From Actinomycetota bacterium (lineage in GTDB: Bacteria > Actinomycetota > Acidimicrobiia > Acidimicrobiales > Iamiaceae), in NCBI GenBank assembly GCA_018268545.1, contig JAFDWI010000355.1, positions 1 to 24,518 of the forward strand: a stretch of 24,518 nucleotides of DNA, written 5' to 3'. This document shows, in pieces, positions 17,274 through 23,439 of the stretch (position 1 is its first letter; each line of letters begins with the position of its first letter). The position numbers and the translations under genes were made by a program. The notes under the pieces are model-generated. The model ran no database searches. It was not told the origin of the DNA and saw nothing but the letters and a program-made list of their open reading frames with translations.

Positions 17274-18017
17274 ATGCGAGCGTTCTCCGACTCCGATTCC
17301 GGCCCGCGGAAGCGCCGTGCCGTCGTCTCCCTGCTTCTCGGGGCCGTCGTGGTGTGCGTCGGCTTCGCGCTCTCGATGACCGCTGGATTCACAGCGGGCG
17401 CCGCGGGGTCGGCTCGTTCGGAGCCGGACCCGTCGGTCACCTCGCCGACCGCCCCGGCGTCGACCTCAGGATCGGTGCCCCAGACGTCCGCGAGTGTTCC
17501 GGCGAGCGTTCCGCCGAGCGTGTCGACGCCACAATCAACGACCAACGGTTCGCATTCCTCGGGTGGGTACCAGGGCGGATCGACGGGACAGTCGTCGAAT
17601 TCGGGCCATTCGACGTGGCAGTCGTCGTCGACGGTGGATTACCAGGGTTCGACCGGCGCGTCGTCCGAAGCGACCGTCCCCCCGATGACGACGACACAGG
17701 ATCTCCTCATCGGACCTTCGACGACCGCGGCCCCGACGACCACACTCGCGCCCCGGCACGTGACCGACTCGAGCGTCACCCGAACGTCGGGGTCCAGTGA
17801 TCCGAAGGTCTGGGCGGTGTCGGGCGGACTGGTCGCGGTTGCAATCGCGCTGGCGATCGCAACGGTCATGTTCTGGCGTCGGACCCGTCCCGGTGAAGGT
17901 GATGGATCGGGGCCCGGTGATGGACCGGGCGGTGACTCCGAGGGCCCGTCCCGACGGCGCGCGACGCGTGGGCGCTCGCGCTACGCGGACCTGGTGGTCA
18001 CCTCGCCCGAACCGTGA
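17274..18017 (+). CDS. Hypothetical exported Ser/Thr-rich protein with C-terminal TM anchor
   Basis: Signal-like RKRRAVVSLLLGAVVVCVGFAL, ~140 aa S/T/P/G low-complexity region, TM VWAVSGGLVAVAIALAIATVMFW followed by RR. Alternative start GTG 17214 overlaps the upstream stop. Confidence 0.7.
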   Translation: MRAFSDSDSGPRKRRAVVSLLLGAVVVCVGFALSMTAGFTAGAAGSARSEPDPSVTSPTAPASTSGSVPQTSASVPASVPPSVSTPQSTTNGSHSSGGYQGGSTGQSSNSGHSTWQSSSTVDYQGSTGASSEATVPPMTTTQDLLIGPSTTAAPTTTLAPRHVTDSSVTRTSGSSDPKVWAVSGGLVAVAIALAIATVMFWRRTRPGEGDGSGPGDGPGGDSEGPSRRRATRGRSRYADLVVTSPEP

Positions 18018-18180
18018 TACCGCGCCGTCTACCCCGGCGCGATCGGTCGCCCGTGGGGCCCGAGTCGTACGTCCCGGGGTCGCATTGCGACCCACGTCTC
18101 GAGCTGCTCGGCCGGCCGATTCCGGCCCGCGGGCCCGCCCGATAGGGTTTTGGCCGACTGGAACACCACGAAGGATGCCG

Positions 18181-19368
18181 ATGCACTGCCCGAACTGTTC
18201 GACCGAGAACGCCGACGATTCGCTGTTCTGCATGCAATGTGGAAGCCGGCTCGTGACCGGATCGGATTCCGGATCGCCAGCCGGTGCGGTCGCGGCCGCA
18301 CCGACGACGGACGCGCCGGCACCACCGCCGCCGGTCGATCCCGGAACGGTTGTGCTCCCTCCACCGCCGGTGGCCTCCGGTGTCGCCGATCCATCGACGT
18401 TGCTCCCTCCACCTCCCGGGGATCCGGTGACGACCCTCTTGCCGCCTCCACCGGTGATTTCCGAGGTTCCCGGCCCGTCGCCCGTGGCTCCGCCAACGGT
18501 CCCGGAGGCAGCGCAGACGCCGGTGCCACCACCGGTCGATGCCGTTGTCGTGGAACCGCCGTTTGTCGCTGCGGTCACTGCCGATCAGGTCGACCCGATC
18601 GGATCGGCGAGTTCGGAACCTCTCGACCCCGAGGCGGCCGTGGCCGAGGCGGCACAGGAACCGGAGACCGCCAATCCGTGGCTTCCCCGGGAGTCGATCC
18701 CCGGCGACACGACCGCCACGGACGAAGCCGAGCCGGTGGTCGCTGACGAGCCGCCGGTGCCCGAAGGAGCCTCTGTTCCCGGGGCGCCCGACCCGGCCGT
18801 CGTGCCGGCGACGGAACACTTCGATCCGGGCACGGCGATCGACCCCGTCGCGGTGCAACCGGTCGTCGAGGCACCGGCGATGGACTCGGACGCGGTCGTC
18901 GAGGCACCGGTAATCGACTCGGGCGCCGTCGTCGAGGCACCACCGGAACCGTGGGAGCCGGACCCGGGCCCCGCCGACCCACACGATTTCGCGGCCCACC
19001 TGGCGCGGATGAGCGATGCGACCCGTCCGCACGCCGAGGCGCCTCTGCTCGTCGCGTCCTCGCTCGTCGAACCCGACGAGACGGTCCTGGTCGTCGTGCC
19101 GGGTCTGATCGGCGACATCGTCGGTGTCGCGATGGTGACGGATCGGCGCGTGCTGCTGGTGAACGGACGCCGGTGGAATCCGGTCGTCGAGGCGTTCCCG
19201 ATCGACGTGAGCCTCAGCGTCGAAGGTTGGCAGGACGAGCAGACGGCGATGCTCACGTTCATCGCGGATCGCCTCGTTCGAATCACCGCGATCGTCGACA
19301 AACCCCTCGCGTTCGAGGTTGCACGCGTCGTACGCGAGCGGGTTGCGGCGTCGACCGGAACTGCCTGA
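18181..19368 (+). CDS. Zinc-ribbon protein with Pro-rich linker and C-terminal bacterial PH-like domain
   Basis: GAAGGA RBS. CPNC...FCMQCG zinc ribbon, Pro/acidic linker, C-terminal LVEPDETVLVVVPG...AMVTDRRVLLV pattern typical of bacterial PH domains. Confidence 0.75.
   Translation: MHCPNCSTENADDSLFCMQCGSRLVTGSDSGSPAGAVAAAPTTDAPAPPPPVDPGTVVLPPPPVASGVADPSTLLPPPPGDPVTTLLPPPPVISEVPGPSPVAPPTVPEAAQTPVPPPVDAVVVEPPFVAAVTADQVDPIGSASSEPLDPEAAVAEAAQEPETANPWLPRESIPGDTTATDEAEPVVADEPPVPEGASVPGAPDPAVVPATEHFDPGTAIDPVAVQPVVEAPAMDSDAVVEAPVIDSGAVVEAPPEPWEPDPGPADPHDFAAHLARMSDATRPHAEAPLLVASSLVEPDETVLVVVPGLIGDIVGVAMVTDRRVLLVNGRRWNPVVEAFPIDVSLSVEGWQDEQTAMLTFIADRLVRITAIVDKPLAFEVARVVRERVAASTGTA
18862..18941 (+). 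repeat. Intragenic 33-bp tandem repeat (~2.4 copies) encoding VVEAP(A/V)(M/I)DS(D/G)A
   Basis: GTCGTCGAGGCACC starts at 18862, 18895 and 18928. Confidence 0.85.
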
Positions 19369-19381
19369 ACGTCGTCGCTCC

Positions 19382-19390
19382 TGCTAACCT
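19382..19390 (+). promoter_or_regulatory. Putative extended -10 promoter for tRNA-Gly
   Basis: TGC-TAACCT (TGnTAnnnT) ending 10 nt before the mature tRNA 5' end. Confidence 0.55.
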
Positions 19391-19400
19391 GAGCGCATAC

Positions 19401-19476
19401 GCGGACGTGGCTCAGTTGGTAGAGCATCACCTTGCCAAGGTGAGGGTCGCGGGTTCGAATCCCGTCGTCCGCTCCA
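19401..19476 (+). tRNA. tRNA-Gly (GCC), CCA encoded
   Basis: Acceptor GCGGACG/CGTCCGC, D arm GCTCAGTTGGTAGAGC, anticodon arm TCACC-TTGCCAA-GGTGA, T loop GTTCGAATC, U discriminator plus CCA; 76 nt. Confidence 0.98.
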
Positions 19477-19489
19477 CAATGCGGTGAAA

Positions 19490-19515
19490 CGAAGGCCCTC
19501 TCCCGAGGGCCTTCG
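19490..19515. terminator. Hairpin between convergent tRNA-Gly and pyk (likely bidirectional terminator)
   Basis: Perfect 11-bp stem CGAAGGCCCTC-TCCC-GAGGGCCTTCG, with a short TTT a few nt downstream on + and AAA just upstream (TTT on -). Confidence 0.8.
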
Positions 19516-19538
19516 CCGCGTTTGTCGCGACGGTCTGG

Positions 19539-20987
19539 TCAATCGACGCGGAGCATCCGGACCGTGTCGCTCACCGGTTCGATCGCCTCGGGCGCCCCGA
19601 CCATGACCGCGACGAGATCGCCCTGGTGGATGTGGCCGTTTCGCAGCGCTTCGGTGACCGCTGCTGACACGGTGCCGTCGGTCGATGACCTGGGTTCGAC
19701 GAGCATCGGCGTGATACCCCACGCGACGGAGAGTTCCCGGGCGACCCGATCGGTGTAGGTCGCCGCCAGGATCGGGGCCGTCGGTCGGAATCTCGAGATC
19801 GCCTTGGGTGTGGCGCCCGACGCGGTGCAGGCGATGATGGCCGAGACCGGCGTGTCGAGCGTTGCCCGCCACGTGGCCGCCGAGATCGCTCCGGTGATCC
19901 GTCGTGTGATCGGCGTGTCCTGGCCCGCGACGGTCTGCTCGTGACCGATCGACAGTCCCCACTGGTACGAGTCGAACTCGGCATCAGCTCGGCGTGTGAT
20001 GCGGTCCATCGTCTTGATCACGTTCACGGGGTCGTGTCCCACCGCTGTCTCACCCGACAGCATGACCGCGCTCGTGCCGTCGAACACCGCGGTCGTCACA
20101 TCCGCGACCTCGGCTCGGGTCGGAACGGGCGCACGCACCATCGACTCGAGCATCTGCGTCGCGGTGATCACCGGCCGGCCGTACGCCACGCCGGTCCGGA
20201 TGACACGCTTCTGGAAATGCGGCACATCCTCGAATGCGCAACTGATGCCGAGGTCGCCGCGCGCGATCATCACGCCATCCGCGGTCGCGACGATCTCGTC
20301 GACGTTCGCGACCGCGTCCGCGGTCTCCAACTTCGCGATCAGCCGAGGCCCGCGACGTCCGGTCACCGCGCGTGCGCGTTCGATGTCGGCCGCGCTGCGG
20401 ACGAACGAGATCGCGACCATCTCGACGGGGGCATCACACAGCGCCCGCAGCGCGACCAGGTCGGAATCGGTCGGCGAAGCGAGGTCCAGGTGCTCGGTCG
20501 GGATTGTCACCCCCGGTCGGCCGCGCGTGAAGCCGCCGTTGAGGACCTTCGCCGTCACCGGACCGCCGTCGTTGCCCAAGACGGTCAGTTCGATCGCGCC
20601 GTCGCCGAGCACCACCCGGTCGCCTGCTCGGAGAACCTCGGCGGCATTCGGGAAGTCGATGATGATCCGCTGCGCCGTGCTCGACTCGTCCGCGGCTGTT
20701 GCCGACACGAGCTCGACGATGGCGCCGTCGTCGAGGCGCGTCTCACCATCGGCGAAGGTCGCTGCCCGGATCTTCGGTCCGGGCAGGTCGGCGAGGATGC
20801 CGATGTGTCGGCCCGACTCGGATGCGAGGTGGGCGATCCGACCGATCAGCTCGAGCGCATCGTCGAGGCTCGAGTGCGAAAGCGACACCCGTGCAGTGTC
20901 CATCCCCGCTTCGATCATGCCGGTCAGTGTCTCCGGATCCCAGGAAGCTGGTCCGATGGTGGCGACGATCTTGGTGCGACGGGTCAT
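19539..20987 (-). CDS. pyk: Pyruvate kinase
   Basis: RRTKIVATIGPAS, LADLPGPKIR, AISFVRS, IAKLET, MIARGDLG, TATQMLESM, PTRAEVADV, AVMLSGETAVG. Confidence 0.97.
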   Translation of the reverse strand: MTRRTKIVATIGPASWDPETLTGMIEAGMDTARVSLSHSSLDDALELIGRIAHLASESGRHIGILADLPGPKIRAATFADGETRLDDGAIVELVSATAADESSTAQRIIIDFPNAAEVLRAGDRVVLGDGAIELTVLGNDGGPVTAKVLNGGFTRGRPGVTIPTEHLDLASPTDSDLVALRALCDAPVEMVAISFVRSAADIERARAVTGRRGPRLIAKLETADAVANVDEIVATADGVMIARGDLGISCAFEDVPHFQKRVIRTGVAYGRPVITATQMLESMVRAPVPTRAEVADVTTAVFDGTSAVMLSGETAVGHDPVNVIKTMDRITRRADAEFDSYQWGLSIGHEQTVAGQDTPITRRITGAISAATWRATLDTPVSAIIACTASGATPKAISRFRPTAPILAATYTDRVARELSVAWGITPMLVEPRSSTDGTVSAAVTEALRNGHIHQGDLVAVMVGAPEAIEPVSDTVRMLRVD

Positions 20988-21095
20988 CCTGGCACCGTAG
21001 CGGCGACCGGGGTCCGAACCATCGGCGACTCCGCCGGGCGCCGATGCCCGATGCCCCTCGCCCTGACAGATGGCACATGTTGCCTGTCACGGCAC

Positions 21096-21101
21096 TAGGG
21101 T
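21096..21101 (+). promoter_or_regulatory. Putative -10 element for the riboswitch transcript
   Basis: TAGGGT (TAnnnT) ending about 6 nt before the predicted riboswitch 5' end. Confidence 0.5.
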
Positions 21102-21107
21102 GAGGCG

Positions 21108-21223
21108 CGACAACCAATGGTCCGTCGTGGAGACGGGGGAAGTCCGGTGTGAATCCGGCGCTGACCCGCAACCGTGGTCGAAGGTGTGAACCTTCGCGAG
21201 CCGGGATACCCGTTCCGACGTCG
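21108..21223 (+). ncRNA. Cobalamin (B12) riboswitch, compact form
   Basis: Conserved core GGT..P2 hairpin (CCGTC/GACGG)..GGGAA-GTCCGGTGTGAATCCGGC-GCTGACCCGCAACCGTG, then one hairpin (CGAAGG/CCTTCG), then the B12 box GAGCCGGGATACC. AATGG (21116-20) can pair with CCGTT (21210-14). Boundaries are approximate. Confidence 0.92.
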
Positions 21224-21313
21224 TACCTTCCGACCCGTCGAGGAACGCGGAGCGGAGGGGCCCGATCGGGTCGCTTTGCTCGGCGGTCGTCGACTCGATC
21301 CCAGGAGATCAAG

Positions 21314-22456
21314 ATGCGACGCATCATTGCAACCGTCGTCGTGTTGGCGACGCTCTACGCCGGTGCGGGAGTCACCGCGGCAGCGCCGACCACCGATTCG
21401 ACATCGATCCGAACTGCGGCGATCGCGTGGCTCGCGCCGCAGGTCACCGCCGAGGGAGCGTTGATCAGCCCGTACACCTCGGCGCCCGACCCGAGCCTCA
21501 CCGCACAGGCCCTGCTCGGGCTCGCAGCTTCCGGATCCGAGCCCGCGACGGTGACCAGGATGGTGGCCTGGCTCGAAACGCAGGTCCAGGCGTTCGTGGC
21601 ACCTGGTCACGCCGCGGACTCACCGGGTGCGTTGGCGTGGTTGATCCTCGATGCGGAGGCGACCGGTGTCGATCCGACCGACTTCGGCGGCGTGGACCTC
21701 GTGACGCGCCTCGAGGCCACGCAACGATCGAACGGACTGTTCGGTGCAGCGGATCCGACCTATGACGGTTCGTTCCGCCAGGGTCTTTCGTTGATCGCGT
21801 TGTCGTCGGTGGGGCATCACGACACCGCGGGTCTCGCGTGGTTGGAATCCCAGCAGTGCACCGGCGGCGCGTATGTCGCGTATCGTGCCGACCTCTCGAT
21901 TCCCTGCCCGGCGGTCGACGTGTCGACCTTCACCGGGCCGGATACGAACTCGACCGCGATGGCGGCGATGGCGTTGTCGCTCGGGGGAGCGGCTTCACCG
22001 GCCGCCGCCGCGATGACGTGGCTGCAGTCGGTTCGCACCCCCGCCGGTGGATTCCCGTACCTCGGCGACCCGACGATCGCCGAGGACGCCAACTCGACTG
22101 GCCTCGTCGCACTCGCGTTCCGCACCGTCGACGGCAGCACCGATGCCGGTTCGGTCGCGGCGCTCGCCTCGTTGCAGGTTCCGGCAACCGGGCCTGTCGC
22201 CGACCGTGGCGGGATCGCCTTCCAACCCCAGGGTGGCAGCCTCGTCCCGGACCTGTCCGCGACCGCGCAGGCGCTGATGGGCCTCGCCGGGCAGGCCTTC
22301 CCGTTCCGTCCGGCCGCGCCGCCGACGACCTCGACGACGTCCACGACGATGCCGGGTTCGACGACGTCCACGACAACGCCGTCGACCACGCCGTCGACTA
22401 CGCCACCGCCGCCGGTCGCGACGCCGGTGCGTGCCGTTCCGACGTTCACCGGCTGA
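21314..22456 (+). CDS. Secreted prenyltransferase/squalene-oxidase-repeat (alpha/alpha-toroid) protein; candidate B12-binding alpha-domain
   Basis: AGGAG RBS, signal peptide MRRIIATVVVLATLYAGAGVTAAA. Repeats of WL..Q...GG and D.N/S.T..A..AL type, a Thr/Pro tail, and C-terminus PVRAVPTFTG. First gene under the riboswitch. Confidence 0.8.
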   Translation: MRRIIATVVVLATLYAGAGVTAAAPTTDSTSIRTAAIAWLAPQVTAEGALISPYTSAPDPSLTAQALLGLAASGSEPATVTRMVAWLETQVQAFVAPGHAADSPGALAWLILDAEATGVDPTDFGGVDLVTRLEATQRSNGLFGAADPTYDGSFRQGLSLIALSSVGHHDTAGLAWLESQQCTGGAYVAYRADLSIPCPAVDVSTFTGPDTNSTAMAAMALSLGGAASPAAAAMTWLQSVRTPAGGFPYLGDPTIAEDANSTGLVALAFRTVDGSTDAGSVAALASLQVPATGPVADRGGIAFQPQGGSLVPDLSATAQALMGLAGQAFPFRPAAPPTTSTTSTTMPGSTTSTTTPSTTPSTTPPPPVATPVRAVPTFTG

Positions 22457-22473
22457 CGGGTTCGTCTCGAACG

Positions 22474-23439
22474 ATGCGATGGCATCGACGCATCGCGATC
22501 CTCGGGGTCGGTGCGCTGGCCGTGGTCGGCGCGCGGGCCCCGGCGGTCGCCGGCGCGAGCACGCGGGCTGCCTGCGCGGCGGGTGACGCCCACGTCGCGG
22601 TCGTGGTCGACTTCGGGTCGGCGCCGGGTGCACCGAACGGCGTCCTGGGGTCCTGCGTGGACGTGCCCGGATCCGCAAACGGCATGACTGCGCTCCGCGC
22701 AGCGGATCAGGTCGGGGTCGACTCGAGCGGCAAGGTCTGCCAGATCGCCGGCTTTCCGGCCACGTACGACCCCACGAACTGTTCGGCACCCCAGAACGGC
22801 CAACTCTCCTACTGGGCCTATTTCCACGGCATGCCCGACGGGTGGACCTACAGTTCGATCGGAGCCGGTGGCTGGCGCGTGCAGCCGTCGGTGGTCGAAG
22901 GATGGCACTTCGTGACGGTGGCGGTCACCCAACAGTCGTCGGCCCCGCCGCCACGGAACTTCGACAACGGCGCGTCGTATCTGTGGCAGTCGACCTGTGC
23001 AGATTCGAACGGCCAACCACCCTCCACCGCGTCGCCGACCCCGCCCCCGGCGTTCTCGGGCACATCACCAGGATCGCAGCCCGGCGCCGGTGCCGGCGCA
23101 TCGAGTACCGGCGGGTCGCCCTCGGCGTCGACTTCGATGCCGGCCGCCGGATCATCGGCGTCGCCGACGTCCCAGGTCGGCCCCGCTTCGTCGGAGGTGG
23201 TGACTGGTCGAGCAGACGGGTCGGAGACGACCGGATTGCGTTCGGGTCGATCGGCGGCGAGGTTGTCGCGTGCCCAGGTGGCCGCAGCGGCGAAGGTGGC
23301 ATCCGGGCGAACCAGGGGAGTGCCGATCAGCCGGATGCTCGGTGCCGGCCTGGCGATCGCTTCGATCGCGGCGATCCTCGTGTACCTCACCCGCCGATCA
23401 CGGCATCGTGCCGCGACGGGCTCGATCGATCAGGATTGA
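22474..23439 (+). CDS. Membrane-anchored exported protein with DUF4430/transcobalamin-C-terminal-like (SCO2322-like) domain
   Basis: Signal-like N-terminus; VAVVVDFG...C...G.TAL...VCQIAGFP...C...YWAYFH...WTYSSIGA...PSVVEGWHF; Ser/Pro/Ala stalk; C-terminal TM (LGAGLAIASIAAILVYLT) plus RRSRHR. Confidence 0.75.
   Translation: MRWHRRIAILGVGALAVVGARAPAVAGASTRAACAAGDAHVAVVVDFGSAPGAPNGVLGSCVDVPGSANGMTALRAADQVGVDSSGKVCQIAGFPATYDPTNCSAPQNGQLSYWAYFHGMPDGWTYSSIGAGGWRVQPSVVEGWHFVTVAVTQQSSAPPPRNFDNGASYLWQSTCADSNGQPPSTASPTPPPAFSGTSPGSQPGAGAGASSTGGSPSASTSMPAAGSSASPTSQVGPASSEVVTGRADGSETTGLRSGRSAARLSRAQVAAAAKVASGRTRGVPISRMLGAGLAIASIAAILVYLTRRSRHRAATGSIDQD

Noticed and set aside
19369-19538. tRNA-Gly as an integration site for a prophage/ICE
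   Set aside because: No integrase, no duplicated tRNA 3' end, and housekeeping pyk follows directly after the terminator.
22320-22410. Short direct repeats (TCGACGACGTCCACGAC twice; ACGCCGTCGAC twice) as a CRISPR or other repeat element
   Set aside because: They are in-frame codons for the Ser/Thr/Pro linker, with no spacers and no cas genes.
21314-22456. Terpene cyclase / squalene-hopene cyclase
   Set aside because: Too short (380 aa), has a signal peptide, lacks a DXDD catalytic motif and lies under a B12 riboswitch.
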